DNA from: Meyerozyma guilliermondii
Taxonomy: Eukaryota
Assembly: GCA_051546255.1 (NCBI GenBank)
Contig: CP128818.1
Location: 62,001 to 126,000, forward strand
Length of the DNA: 64,000 bases
Direction: 5' to 3'
Position numbers and translations under genes: made by a program. The notes below the pieces were generated by a model. That model did not search any database, had not been told where the DNA came from, and worked only from the letters and a program-made list of their open reading frames with translations. Positions 10,901-21,013 of the stretch are shown piece after piece. Positions within the stretch are counted from its first letter, which is position 1; each line of letters starts with the position of its first letter.

Positions 10901-11823
10901 TCGTCGACAATTAAACACTTGTGGAATTTCTGGTCGTAGAGAGAAAGCATGGCCGACCGTCGGTACGAAGGATTAGTATGGATCGACATTTCGGTATTGC
11001 TTTTGGAGATCTTGCGCAGATGGATATCCGATGTGAGCGGAAGGTAAAAAGTCGTCATATCGTGGATCAGGTCGATATCTATGCCTGCACCCCATAGTTC
11101 GTTGATCAGAGACAACCAGTGTACTTTGATATCACGGACTATTTTCAATTCGAAGTACATGTTCGGCTTGAGTAAATTCGACTCGAGAGCCACCAGATTA
11201 AGACCCTTAACAAAGTAATCACATAACTGAGGGTCGTTGTTAAAATCATCGACAAAATAATTGAGCAACCAGTGCCGTAAAACGACAAATGTTCGGAGAA
11301 GAACAAGACGTCCAGTATCATGTTTTGAAGCATCATTGGCGTTGATGTACTGAAGAGACCAAATAAGTCGGGTAAGTAAGAGTTCCATTACTTCGTGGCT
11401 ATCTGTAAATGTCCGATACGTGAGAAAAAAGTCACATACAAAGCTGTAGTCGATTACATCGGGAGATGTGAGGTGGACAATCAATGCCTTCACCGTAGCA
11501 TGATTAAGTACTTGTGGATTATTTTCATCGAACTTGGCCACTTTGGAAGAATTGAGTGCCAGAAGTGAAGGGAAAAATTGTTCGTCATCAAAAATACTTT
11601 CGTTGTGATTGTTGTAAATGTATGCGAATTGTTCATTGTTTTTTGTTGGTTCAATTGTCGATAATGATGGTTCTTCAAGTTCAAAGGAACCAGGAACCTT
11701 CACCAGACAATCAGGAGACATTTCCAGTGTTTCGGCTTGAAGATCATCCTCTGGAGCAAAAATAGAAGTTGAATCACCAGCGGATAAACCGCCGTTTGCC
11801 TCTTCCATAACACTTTCGGTCAT
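7960..11823 (-). CDS. LTE1: Mitotic exit regulator Lte1 (RasGEF N and C domains)
   Basis: N-terminal REM domain (DFFLTYRTF, LLRTFVVLRHWLLNYF), long S/T-P-rich linker, C-terminal CDC25-like domain (GCIPFVGLYLSDL, MINFSRFR); first ATG at 11823. Confidence 0.9.
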   Translation of the reverse strand: MTESVMEEANGGLSAGDSTSIFAPEDDLQAETLEMSPDCLVKVPGSFELEEPSLSTIEPTKNNEQFAYIYNNHNESIFDDEQFFPSLLALNSSKVAKFDENNPQVLNHATVKALIVHLTSPDVIDYSFVCDFFLTYRTFTDSHEVMELLLTRLIWSLQYINANDASKHDTGRLVLLRTFVVLRHWLLNYFVDDFNNDPQLCDYFVKGLNLVALESNLLKPNMYFELKIVRDIKVHWLSLINELWGAGIDIDLIHDMTTFYLPLTSDIHLRKISKSNTEMSIHTNPSYRRSAMLSLYDQKFHKCLIVDENTAGSENPQFSVNTLLLQHQSSRISINDKVRQLQAQSSLPAQRKPLQKTTRHNHMTLKDSSVGLKKTSAPNESADTTIQSTHTYNQDGFSTNGQVKLPTSRVNFILPPTPVKKMDYVIKDLDSPTKKRPQPPRAPEDEEFGRRSSMKKIVDGWKKSFIHHDSKMEPLEAGERIAKNEEEQETFVGPRSDILSARIVDELEYLIRFYVYNDPARETILEGEIEDTNDEKGQSCGSAFVENFESDLEKDEFQFGTLGSPAKQLPPLPSDELTTDQSMPNDTASSNNMDINDISSLNITKIDNLLNYEEYDDNPTPEFRSTDPSFRRPTSINWNDEVNLDLEELPSMSKLNSTSQRETSPLPEPIKELTRSSGSSMSAFSNITQYKAEVADLGIALSPRGKVDSVKRISMNDNRRRVSMYSRGSSAKRMSSRGSVKSYISYDSAFSISNGHSKEDEYGNLRRMEGFNNLRAVGIPRTNEERRANVASFASFLSRSSSLRKSIRMSTLCALTELPFQDAEASESSINLAQRHNKVTLVISDSSIFSMQGKYGENELASEFKTENGHSESSTNSVAIPGISNYVLKELAAIPDESMNNNPVTFALRKLEGDSTPKGQKQVADVSADVSYENTEDILEQINNADTRDVIEVSTLSEVTQEPPLTPAKKSTAKRQTITPMMNDRPLTFMPLSTSSPQTISPKDILEAYTFSNEVLAVENVLNANLHVSFVLNYDSKTVAEHFTFIESDMLKDIDWKELIELKWSQELTPVNSWLEIIVDEIYYNKNKGVNLVISRFNLMVNWVISEILLTKAQSERIHLISRFIHIAQHCYAMQNYASMMQILLALTSEKIGHLKETWKNLLPGDILSLKNLEELTSPVKNFLNIRLSINQIKPSKGCIPFVGLYLSDLIFNAERPATIKSGLEEKMINFSRFRTSVYIVKSLSQCIEWSNNYKIDVNDDLLSKCLYIRSLDEDEMNTCLKHIEDE

Positions 11824-12402
11824 CTTTTTCGTGCCCACGACCACGTTCTGAGCTTTTACTTGCAAAATAAGCTGTAAAACAGGGTAAAACCTTGCTTGTT
11901 TCTCAGCTAGGACTCTCCGGTGCTATTGGGCAGGGTGTGTGTTTGTTTGTTTTGCTTCGCGGTTGACGAGATCTGGGTTATATGCCGGATTTCCTATGAT
12001 TAAAGTTTCAATTATAGCCGAAGCACCGAAGACAATTGAAGGGAGCCCGAAGGTGAAACAAAGGTGTAAACAAAGTGGAGAAAGAATGTTATGATTTTTT
12101 AAGTTGAATCGCAGCGATGCGACTGTTGCATAGATATACGTACGGTGGCTGCAACTTCATGCACAGACGCTGCACCTTCGGCGCGAGATTTGCAACTGTC
12201 AACAATAGACAGGAATGTAGATTACGAGACTATTAAAATGCTGAAGAAATGAAGACAAAGCAGGAATTGTAAATTGCGAGAAAAGATCGTGAACGAGATC
12301 TACAATTAGAATCTCAATTAAGATTTGTAGTAATTATTTCTATAATTCTATGGTAATTATTCCTTTGTAGTATATTCCTAGTTTATACAGACCTCTTTTC
12401 TT

Positions 12403-12962
12403 CTACTGTCCAGTTTTCATATTATTGGCGATTGCCTCTTTCAACGCTGCAAATGGTGAGGTTTTGAATGTGGGATTCTGGAGAACATGGTTAAACTTTT
12501 CGTGCTCTTGGCGCATTATCACATTACGGCCGCTTCTTTTAACGGCATTAGGTGCGTTGTCACGCCCCTTTGTTGAGGCTATAAACTTGGGCTCGTCATC
12601 ATTTCGTGGTACTTCAGCCGCTATGGTGCTGAGAAGATCATTCATTTGTGGCTTTAGCTGCTCTCTAGCCTTTCTTTTACGTCGACGTAAAGCAGATTTC
12701 GAAATGCCTGAAAGATTGCTAAGCGCAATCAGATTGTGGAAACTGGTTGATTTTTCATGCTGTTTGTCTTTTTTGGACGTTTTCAGAAGTTTCAAAAAGG
12801 GATTTTCGTGATATGGTTCGGGTTTAATGATCTTGGAAGACGAGTCCGTAGACTTTGAAACTTTTTCGCTTCTTGCAGACTTGCTGCGCAACGTAGACCT
12901 TTTCTTGGTAGCCTGGGTTAGAAAGAATCCCTATTTGAGACCAAATATTGTAAACTTACCAT
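12403..12962 (-). CDS. SLX9: Ribosome biogenesis protein Slx9 (exon 1 is ATG only, 12962-12960; exon 2 12912-12403)
   Basis: GISKSALRRRKRKAREQLKP and F..SPFAALKEAI motifs. The ORF lacks an in-frame ATG until a 47-nt intron is removed, giving MATKKRSTLRSK. Confidence 0.82.
12913..12959 (-). other. Spliceosomal intron (47 nt) in SLX9
   Basis: Minus strand ATG|GTAAGT...TTCTAACCCAG|GCT; restores the frame of the 12403-12891 ORF. Confidence 0.85.
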
Positions 12963-12979
12963 TCGGTGTAGACGTTGGT

Positions 12980-13006
12980 GAAATGAGAGAGATGAGATGA
13001 AAAATA
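12980..13006. promoter_or_regulatory. PAC (GATGAG) and RRPE-like (TGAAAAAT) ribosome-biogenesis elements
   Basis: GAGATGAGATGAAAAAT immediately upstream of the SLX9 ATG. Confidence 0.55.
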
Positions 13007-13534
13007 CGGACGTACTGCATAGTTGCGTTCCCCGGATTCTGAGAATAGAGAGAAGAGTAAAGTGAGGAATGAAGAAAAAGCCAGGTAATTTGGCTAAAAT
13101 TGGTTTTCGTTTGATTTTGCTTTCAATTCATGTTTGGCAACGAAAACTTTTATATTTTATGTTTTGGAAAAATTGCAGAAATTGCAAAAAAGCAAATTAG
13201 GATTAATTGAAATTTAATTTCATATTTTTAAAGCAATTCATATAAACACCTTCTGTTCTGCAACAGCTGATAAAAACGCTCTCACTGCTGTTTTATCTTC
13301 TACCATTTTCTTATTTCTTGTCCCTATTCCCTCTCTTCTCCCCACGATGTGGTGCACGGGTGCTCGAAAAATCAAACTTATCAGGCGAAGAGCTGATAAA
13401 AGTACCTTTAGCTTATACTCAAAAGCACCATATTTTAGATTTTGAAGCCAGTAGACACATTCTAAGACGTCTAATGGGCCTGAAACAACCTCTTGGAACT
13501 CCGTTTAGCATTTTGGTATTGTCTATTTTTTGAC

Positions 13535-15658
13535 ATGAGTTCGATCGCACATGGCGATGAGCTCAATCCGGTGTCCTTTGGCCGTGAGAAAGAGGCGTTG
13601 GATGGCTACGGTGACGAAATATCCGCAGATCTATCGTTACTGAAGATGCTTGACGAAAACTCGCCGCAAATAATCGAGCCAGAAGCATCGAAATCTTCAT
13701 CGTCGTCGGTGTCGGTAACAAACGAATCAGTATTGGGATCCATAAATAAAGTCAAAGATGAAGACCAGTCCAAGATCTCCGCATACGCACGGCTAGATTT
13801 CGAAAACTACACATTCTACGTGCAAACTTTGCAAGTTATACTCGGACGACGGTCAAATGATAAACTCATGCAAGGGTCCCACCATACGGTGGATGTTCAT
13901 ATCAGTTCCAAAAAAGCCATTTCGAGAAAACATGCGAAAATCTTCTACAATTTTGGTACCCAGAGGTTCGAGATCTCGATTCTTGGCCGAAACGGGGCGT
14001 TTGTCGACGACTTATTTGTGGAAAAAGGTGTTACTCTTCCTTTGGTAGATGGTACTAAGATTCAAATTGGTGACATTCCTTTTGCATTTCTACTCCCATC
14101 CATCGATCCTCCCGATAACGTTACCGTTGCGGCAAAACCATTCAATCCCACCGATGCCATAAACTTGAGAACAAACTTGTACTCACGATCCACCTCCAAT
14201 TCTCCCACCACCAAGTCGTTGGAATATTCCGATAATGTCGACCCCAGTCTCTCGGATCTCGACCGCCAAGTAGCCTCACTCACACCATTAATCGAGGACC
14301 ATACTGGTGTCAAGGAAGAAACGAAACCTCCACTAATGGGCAAACCTGCCCGAATGGGTAAACCTGCAATTCCTCCTCGATACGGCCGACCCGCCAATCT
14401 TTCCGGCTCATCTATGTTAGGAATACCAGCGCATTTGGTCCAGGGAGGTTCTGCTTTGAAAGTAGCTCCTGGATCTTATCCTGGGGGAATGGGTTATCGT
14501 CCTTCCGTACCTCGCTTGGAGGCTCAAATTCGAACATTGACTCCAACCCAACCAACCAAAATTAGCCCAGCACCAGTAATAACAGTTTGCACTCAACCTG
14601 TATTGCCGTCGGTGCTAGCTCCCACACCAGTGGCTACAGACGGTTCATCTACCATCAAAAAACGTGAACCCAAGAAAAGTGTTCATACCGCTGAGGAAAT
14701 ACCAGAAAAGTACCGTATCAAGCCAAATATCCATTTTGTGTCCATGATATCGTTAGCACTTAAAAAGGGTCCGTTGACCATCAGCGAGATTCAAGAAACC
14801 ATCAAGGAACTTTTCCCATACTACAAGTACTGTCCTGATGGATGGCAGGTTTCCATTAGCCACAATTTGCTTCTTAACAAAATGTTCTCCAAGGTGGACC
14901 AACGAGAAGATGGTTGGACTTGGAAAGTGGACGAAGAATATTTCCACGAAAAGGAAAATGTTCGCCAAAAGCAGCAGGAACTCGCCAATGCTCGTGCCAA
15001 AGAAACTGCTATACGGTTAGAGGAAGCCAAGTTGCGCAAGCCTACTTTTGGAGCCCAATCTCAATTTCTTTCACAATTACGCCAAGGAACCCAGAAACAA
15101 AAGACAATTGCAGAACTTGCCAGCGAGATCAGTCGTGATGGACGCAGTCCGTATACCAGCTCGATAAAGGAGCAGCTAGCTGCGAACCGGTCGCAGTCAC
15201 CAACCACCATAAGCCCAGGAAACCATTCAGGAAACAACCCCATAAACTCAGGAAGCAGCTCAGTCCATTCTCCAGTCAATTCCGTCAATTCATCCAATTC
15301 CATCAATTCTTCGAGTCCTTCACCCACCACCAATTCGAGTGGTGACACCAAAAAGGCACTTGCCTATGTCCAAAAAGAGCTTTTTACCCTCTACAAGGCA
15401 CGCAAACTCAACTACGATACCACAACAACCACCGAAATCATCACTAAAGCACTTACTACCACCATTGCTCAGGTCAAAGTAGTGGGTGCAAAAGCTGGAT
15501 GCGGCGATAATGCACTTGGATTTTTGGTGGAAAGAGCTCCACAACAAGTGAGCAAGATCCTTGATATAGCATTGAGCAAGTCTATCCGTGACAAAGAAGC
15601 TTCTGTTTCTCCATCCAAACGGTCTTATGAAGAAAACTACCCACCGGCAAAGAGATAA
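13535..15658 (+). CDS. FHL1: FHA plus forkhead transcription factor Fhl1
   Basis: ISAYARLDF...FYVQTLQVILGRR...KAISRKHAKIFYNFGT...GRNGAFVDD FHA domain, and a forkhead-like PYYKYCPDGWQ..I.HN segment; first ATG at 13535. Confidence 0.88.
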   Translation: MSSIAHGDELNPVSFGREKEALDGYGDEISADLSLLKMLDENSPQIIEPEASKSSSSSVSVTNESVLGSINKVKDEDQSKISAYARLDFENYTFYVQTLQVILGRRSNDKLMQGSHHTVDVHISSKKAISRKHAKIFYNFGTQRFEISILGRNGAFVDDLFVEKGVTLPLVDGTKIQIGDIPFAFLLPSIDPPDNVTVAAKPFNPTDAINLRTNLYSRSTSNSPTTKSLEYSDNVDPSLSDLDRQVASLTPLIEDHTGVKEETKPPLMGKPARMGKPAIPPRYGRPANLSGSSMLGIPAHLVQGGSALKVAPGSYPGGMGYRPSVPRLEAQIRTLTPTQPTKISPAPVITVCTQPVLPSVLAPTPVATDGSSTIKKREPKKSVHTAEEIPEKYRIKPNIHFVSMISLALKKGPLTISEIQETIKELFPYYKYCPDGWQVSISHNLLLNKMFSKVDQREDGWTWKVDEEYFHEKENVRQKQQELANARAKETAIRLEEAKLRKPTFGAQSQFLSQLRQGTQKQKTIAELASEISRDGRSPYTSSIKEQLAANRSQSPTTISPGNHSGNNPINSGSSSVHSPVNSVNSSNSINSSSPSPTTNSSGDTKKALAYVQKELFTLYKARKLNYDTTTTTEIITKALTTTIAQVKVVGAKAGCGDNALGFLVERAPQQVSKILDIALSKSIRDKEASVSPSKRSYEENYPPAKR

Positions 15659-15757
15659 TAATCAAGTCGCACTGCAGATAATAGATTCGCATATTTAATC
15701 CATCAATGCACCCGTAGCCCGCGCACATTTCGTGAACGAGACTCTCATCCACTGTTC

Positions 15758-15766
15758 AGTGGCAAC
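15758..15766 (+). promoter_or_regulatory. Rpn4 (PACE)-like site
   Basis: AGTGGCAAC 30 nt upstream of a proteasome subunit ATG. Confidence 0.6.
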
Positions 15767-15795
15767 TACTCTTTCTCGCCACATATTTGTTCAGA

Positions 15796-16641
15796 ATGAA
15801 TTCCATTGCACAGAAATACTCCTACGAAAACAGCGATTCGGTATTGGAGGCCAAAAGTGCCACAAGTGCACATATGGCTGATCTTCAACGAGGTCTTGCC
15901 CCCACCATCCAAGTGCCTCCAATTTCCCAACCAGCAGCTTTTCTTCGGGCTCACACCGACGACGCCTCCAACCCCGACTGTAAGATCAAAATAGCACACG
16001 GAACCACCACACTTGCTTTCAGATTCAAGGGTGGAATCATCGTGGCAGTAGACTCGCGAGCCACGGCCGGCAACTGGATTGCGTCCCAAACCGTGAACAA
16101 AGTCATCAGAATCAACCCAATGTTGTTGGGAACCATGGCAGGAGGTGCTGCCGATTGCCAGTATTGGGAAACATGGTTGGGAACACAATGTAGACTCCAT
16201 GAGTTGCGGGAAAAGGAGCGTATTTCCGTGGCAGCAGCATCAAAAATATTGAGTAATTTGATCTACGAATACAAGGGAATGGGATTGAGCATGGGTACGA
16301 TGATTTGTGGTTATACCAAAAAAGAGGGCCCCACAATCTACTATGTGGATTCCGATGGAACCAGACTTAAGGGCGATTTGTTCTGTGTCGGTTCTGGTCA
16401 AACCTTCGCCTACGGTGTGGTGGACGCCGGCTTAAAGTGGGACATGTCGGTCGAAGATGCATTGTATTTGGGTAAACGAGGCATTCTTGCAGCCACTCAT
16501 AGAGATGCTTATTCCGGTGGTTCCATCAACTTGTATCATGTGACGGAACAAGGTTGGGTCTACCACGGCAACCACAATGTGGGCGATATCTTCTGGGACA
16601 TCAAAGAACAAGAGGGTTCGTTCAATAACGTGGAAGCTTAG
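15796..16641 (+). CDS. PRE2: 20S proteasome beta5 subunit
   Basis: Propeptide, then [33 protein letters not shown]. Confidence 0.97.
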   Translation: MNSIAQKYSYENSDSVLEAKSATSAHMADLQRGLAPTIQVPPISQPAAFLRAHTDDASNPDCKIKIAHGTTTLAFRFKGGIIVAVDSRATAGNWIASQTVNKVIRINPMLLGTMAGGAADCQYWETWLGTQCRLHELREKERISVAAASKILSNLIYEYKGMGLSMGTMICGYTKKEGPTIYYVDSDGTRLKGDLFCVGSGQTFAYGVVDAGLKWDMSVEDALYLGKRGILAATHRDAYSGGSINLYHVTEQGWVYHGNHNVGDIFWDIKEQEGSFNNVEA

Positions 16642-16685
16642 ACAAGTTTAGTCTCCACAATATTGATAGATCGGTTGCATAACGC

Positions 16686-16713
16686 TCACGTGCCAGGGCT
16701 CGGCCCCACACGT
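16686..16713. promoter_or_regulatory. Two CACGTG (Cbf1-type) boxes in the RPL11 promoter
   Basis: TCACGTG at 16686-16692 and CACGTG at 16708-16713, flanking AGGGCTCGGCCCC. Confidence 0.5.
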
Positions 16714-16813
16714 GCGATTATATACACAACCGCAGCCACCGGTGCACCAGCGTTTGCTCGCTGGAATGGCGGTGCGAAATCTCTGAAAAATTTGCGAACC
16801 ATAATATACAACC

Positions 16814-17338
16814 ATGTCTGCTAAAGCCCAAAACCCTATGCGTGAGCTTCACATCGAGAAGTTGGTGTTGAACATCTGTGTCGGTGAATCCGGTGACAGA
16901 TTGACCAGAGCTTCCAAGGTTTTGGAACAGTTGTCTGGTCAAACCCCAGTTCAATCCAAGGCTAGATACACCGTTAGAACTTTCGGTATCAGAAGAAACG
17001 AAAAGATCGCTGTGCACGTTACTATCAGAGGCCCCAAGGCTGAGGAGATCTTGGAGAGAGGTCTTAAGGTTAAGGAATACCAATTGAAAGAAAGAAATTT
17101 CAGTGCCACCGGTAACTTTGGTTTCGGTATTGAAGAGCACATCGACTTGGGTATCAAGTACGACCCAGGTATTGGTATTTACGGTATGGACTTTTACGTT
17201 GTCATGGGAAGAGCCGGTGCCAGAATTGCCAGAAGAAAGAGAGCTAAGGCTGTCATTGGTAACTCTCACAAGACCAACAAGGAGGACTCTATCCAATGGT
17301 TCAAGCAGAAGTACGATGCTGATGTGTTGGCTAAATAA
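16814..17338 (+). CDS. RPL11: 60S ribosomal protein L11 (uL5)
   Basis: [33 protein letters not shown]; strong high-expression codon bias. Confidence 0.98.
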   Translation: MSAKAQNPMRELHIEKLVLNICVGESGDRLTRASKVLEQLSGQTPVQSKARYTVRTFGIRRNEKIAVHVTIRGPKAEEILERGLKVKEYQLKERNFSATGNFGFGIEEHIDLGIKYDPGIGIYGMDFYVVMGRAGARIARRKRAKAVIGNSHKTNKEDSIQWFKQKYDADVLAK

Positions 17339-18356
17339 GCACTAATATAGGTGGAATCTTTGGAAAGCTGTAGTATTGTAGAGGCAGACATGTCTTTTTC
17401 CACTAATGTTCAGCATGATCGATGAGGTTTAGATCCTTTGAACTGAATAGTCTAGACATAAACTGCTGGTTAGCTCACTATCGTAGTCGTCAAGGGAAGC
17501 TCTTGAAACAAACCAAAAATCATATCGGAGTCATAGTCAAAGTAGCATCAAATCAAAGACTTTGGTAAGATATTTCTGGTGGAAAATGAAAAATTTGTAC
17601 TTTTGTAAGATTTTGGAATCTTTCAAGACGAATTGTCTGCTCATCTCGTCAATGAAATCTACTTTAGCTGATCAGAGCATTCAAAACAGCTCTAAGTCAG
17701 CACAATACGAATGAAGACTTGAATGAGAGGTAGTATACTTGAGTCAAATTTATTACTAGCCACTTCAAGTATAGTATTATTTGATTTGAGCTGTTGCTTC
17801 TAGGGATTTGTGATGAATAAGAATTAAGTATATGCTTAAAGTCAGTACTTTTTTAGATTACTTTCTGTGTGTAAGTAACGTTTAGGTCTCTTGTTCGTAC
17901 TGTATTTAGGCTTCATTTCAAAGCAGTACCCTACTACTTAAATGTTCCGTATTCTTTGATGGCGAGAGAGAAAAGTAGTAAGAACCCTATTACGGCATTA
18001 TAAAATCCATGACCTATTAATCTCTAAACTGTTGCAGCCATCTCTTATGGCCCGGACGAACTACGATCACATGACTTATTTTTTCGTGTGCGGGTTAGAT
18101 TCGTAATTTAAATCTCTGAGATCTTGATTACACTACTGAGGAGACTAATTTTACAACTCTAATCTGTCGACTTTTCTGTGATATTTTGGAGGATTCTACA
18201 CCATATCAGCACCCCAAATTCAAATAGCTGGTCTATTAAGTCGAGAAATTCATTTTGATACCGATTTTTGTCACTTTAATCGGTTACCACTTTTTACTAT
18301 ATTTTTATTGACGTCATTATAACGTTTATTAGCGGTCATTTTGCACAATACAGATT

Positions 18357-18929
18357 ATGGTAGCGGATACGTATCATAGTTTGGAATATCTTCCTTACGT
18401 TGATAATACTGTAACTCCCGAACAAGTTGCTGAAGTTGAGTCACTCATCCTGAACGAATTACGCAATACAAACACCACAGCTGTACATCCGCTAGTTGAG
18501 AACCTTCTCCCGCTACCGCTGTCCCGGTCAACTTCGTTGTTGAGTCAAGAAATAGAGCGCTACGAAGAAGAACAACCAGAAGAAGATGAACCAATCATAG
18601 ACGGCATCGACACTTCCCGATACTCCGACGACGTCGACAACTATACCAACCTATCATATTCCATGCTTGAAAAACGCAACTTGGAACTAATGGCACAGAA
18701 CCAGCAAAACATGCAAGCGTCGTGGCGCCGACATCTTCAGCATTTGGGAGAGGTGGAGACAAACTACGAGCAAAATTTGGGAGACAAAAGAATTCGCAGC
18801 GAAGAAGTCTTGTCAGAGCGTAAAAGAAGGCAATTGGACTTTGAGCCCGTGGGAGAGTACCTCGAGCATAGATGGCGCGATGGCTTGCGATCGATGGTGA
18901 ACATGGGGATGAATTCGGAAATGAAGTAG
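18357..18929 (+). CDS. BCAS2/Spf27 (Cwf7/Snt309)-family Prp19 complex splicing factor
   Basis: N-terminal LPYVD motif, IDTSRY, C-terminal coiled coil (RKRRQL...LEHRW); 190 aa. Confidence 0.7.
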   Translation: MVADTYHSLEYLPYVDNTVTPEQVAEVESLILNELRNTNTTAVHPLVENLLPLPLSRSTSLLSQEIERYEEEQPEEDEPIIDGIDTSRYSDDVDNYTNLSYSMLEKRNLELMAQNQQNMQASWRRHLQHLGEVETNYEQNLGDKRIRSEEVLSERKRRQLDFEPVGEYLEHRWRDGLRSMVNMGMNSEMK

Positions 18930-19021
18930 CTAAATAGAGTAACGAAAAAGTAAAAAGGGCATAACTTGGTTTAGTTATATATAGTACAGGAGAGGCCGGC
19001 CTTCTCATCTATAAGTTCTTG

Positions 19022-19363
19022 TCAATTATTCTGCCGTCTTCGCTTCGCTATCATGTCGCTCTTGCTGCTTCCCACGTTAGTAATCCGAGGACACCCCTCC
19101 CTGTCCTTTTCCATCTGCACACACTCCAAACAGTAGTACGCTACAGATCCATACTGGCTATTGACTCCAAGACCATTTCCACAAACTATACATTTATTTC
19201 CCATATGGCCCAAACCGCACTCATCGCAGATTCGAACCCGAGCTGCGGGTTTTACGAAAGAGTCACATATGGGACATCTGCCGTCACACAGCAGACATAG
19301 CATGCCTATGTGAGTGCCTGGGCGCTTCATGCATTGGATCAAGTCGTACTGGTGGCGAGACAT
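19022..19363 (-). CDS. RDS3: SF3b subunit Rds3/PHF5A
   Basis: MSRHQYDLIQCMK.PG...CDGRCPICDS...YYC.EC..MEKDREGCPRI.NVGS. Confidence 0.96.
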   Translation of the reverse strand: MSRHQYDLIQCMKRPGTHIGMLCLLCDGRCPICDSFVKPAARVRICDECGLGHMGNKCIVCGNGLGVNSQYGSVAYYCLECVQMEKDREGCPRITNVGSSKSDMIAKRRRQNN

Positions 19364-19579
19364 AGGAGTGGTTACTGAAACCTAAAGGTTTGTTTCTGTG
19401 AGATGGCACCAGTGCACCTTTTCCGGGGTAAAGAGTATAGGGATTTTAAGCACAAGTAACATTGATTACCACATTTGAACAAGTATTTTTGAGTGGGATT
19501 TTTTCAAAAGTCATTTGCAAGTTGCTGAGAACCACATAATATTCTCAGATCAAGGACAAGTCTCGCTCGTACATGTCAG

Positions 19580-21007
19580 ATGGAAGAGTGCACAATTTGC
19601 CTCGAGGGTATTTTGCCACATACCGATCTTGGAGTGGTTTCGGGGTGCCGGCACCATTACCATGAACACTGTCTACTCCAGTGGTGCTCCCATTCGAATT
19701 CGTGTCCTTCTTGTCGACAATTATTCAACGCTGTGTTCGTAGTAGACCAGCAGACCGGTTCAGTAAAAAGGCGAGTGGTGATCCAAAACAAGATTTTATT
19801 CACAGATTCCATAGAAAACATTCCCCTGGAGTATGTCAACCCGCCAGCACCTCCGGAAGACGAAGATATACCTGCTGGCTTGTGTTCTCTTTGTTCCTCT
19901 TCAGATGTGCGAGCACTGACAGCGCCGATGATGAAGTGCAATTCTTGCTTTGCCGGGTTCCATTTGCGATGCTTGGGGATAACCAATGTCAGAGATAGCG
20001 GGATGGATCCTACATGGTGTTGTCCAATGTGTGATGTTTCTCAAGACGTGGTGATTTCCGGACCGTCTCTTCTCCCACATCGACCTCATCGAGTTCGCAA
20101 TTGGCGACCCACTTCGATGGCTTCGGCGTCTTTGGTGCTGGCACCAAGAAGAAGAAGCAGCTCCGAGGGCTCTACAACAAGAATCCCAGCAACAACTGAA
20201 CGCTCGGGACGACTTATTATCCACAACGAGAACGGCGAGCTTGATGATTCGTTCTTGTATACCGACACTCCCCATACCCAGTCGCGGCCCATGCTGCTTA
20301 ATGGAGGCGTGCTCAGTCGTCGAGAGACCCGCCAATGGCAAACTTTGACCCCAGAAGAAATCCAGTCGTGGAATATGTTCCACCAGGCGAGAGAAGGTGC
20401 CGACCAAGAATACACCCAACCTTCACCCATCAACGATTCCAGACGAAAACGAAGAAGAAAACGAGACGTGAACACAAGCAACGCAACACCCACCAATCAA
20501 ACTCTCGAAAACTCTCGAGCCTCAAATATGGTGCGACCCAGTTTTTCTTCAATCATGAACCAAGTCCGCAACGGCCTGTCTCATTCCCAAATTCCCCATT
20601 CGTCTCCTCCTCGAAGCGCCAACCATTCTCCACCGGGAAACAGCCCCATGGACGGCACGGGAAACGGAGACTCAGACTCTCAACTGGACGCCGACACTCG
20701 GACTTTTCACCAAAAACCCGCACTCACATTGGATCAAAAAACCTTGATTCAAAAGCATATAAGAAACTACCTTCGTCCGCTCTACAAACCAGGAAACACC
20801 CACAGTCGAATATCAAACGAGGAAGACTATATTCGCATCAACAAAAGTGTTTCTCGCAAAGTTTACAGCTACGTCTTGTCGTTATCGTCGCCCGAGAATG
20901 GTACGATCCACGTTACATTCATCAACGACTACCTCCACGACCAAACCAGCTTGAAGCAGACGGTAGACCGGTTTGTGGAGGAGGAATTGCGGCTAGCTAA
21001 CAAGTAA
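19580..21007 (+). CDS. ASR1: RING plus PHD finger protein (Asr1-like ubiquitin ligase)
   Basis: N-terminal RING-H2 (CTIC...C.H.YH..C...CPSC), PHD (CSLC...CNSC...H..C...WCCPMC), C-terminal helical domain (IQKHIRNYLRPLY...INKSVSRKVY). Confidence 0.75.
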   Translation: MEECTICLEGILPHTDLGVVSGCRHHYHEHCLLQWCSHSNSCPSCRQLFNAVFVVDQQTGSVKRRVVIQNKILFTDSIENIPLEYVNPPAPPEDEDIPAGLCSLCSSSDVRALTAPMMKCNSCFAGFHLRCLGITNVRDSGMDPTWCCPMCDVSQDVVISGPSLLPHRPHRVRNWRPTSMASASLVLAPRRRSSSEGSTTRIPATTERSGRLIIHNENGELDDSFLYTDTPHTQSRPMLLNGGVLSRRETRQWQTLTPEEIQSWNMFHQAREGADQEYTQPSPINDSRRKRRRKRDVNTSNATPTNQTLENSRASNMVRPSFSSIMNQVRNGLSHSQIPHSSPPRSANHSPPGNSPMDGTGNGDSDSQLDADTRTFHQKPALTLDQKTLIQKHIRNYLRPLYKPGNTHSRISNEEDYIRINKSVSRKVYSYVLSLSSPENGTIHVTFINDYLHDQTSLKQTVDRFVEEELRLANK

Positions 21008-21013
21008 GAATAC

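Noticed and set aside
16718..17296. 192-aa antisense ORF over RPL11 (similar shadows over SNZ1, PIL1, IMD and STL1)
   Set aside because: Expected by-product of strong codon bias in highly expressed sense genes
17339..18356. About 1-kb AT-rich ORF-free gap as a centromere, LTR or ncRNA
   Set aside because: No CDE-type motif, terminal repeat or matching C/D box pair (GTGATGA at 17810 has no suitably placed CTGA); short for a regional centromere
20335..21000. 221-aa alternative-frame ORF inside ASR1
   Set aside because: Fully overlaps a coherent gene and lacks domain features
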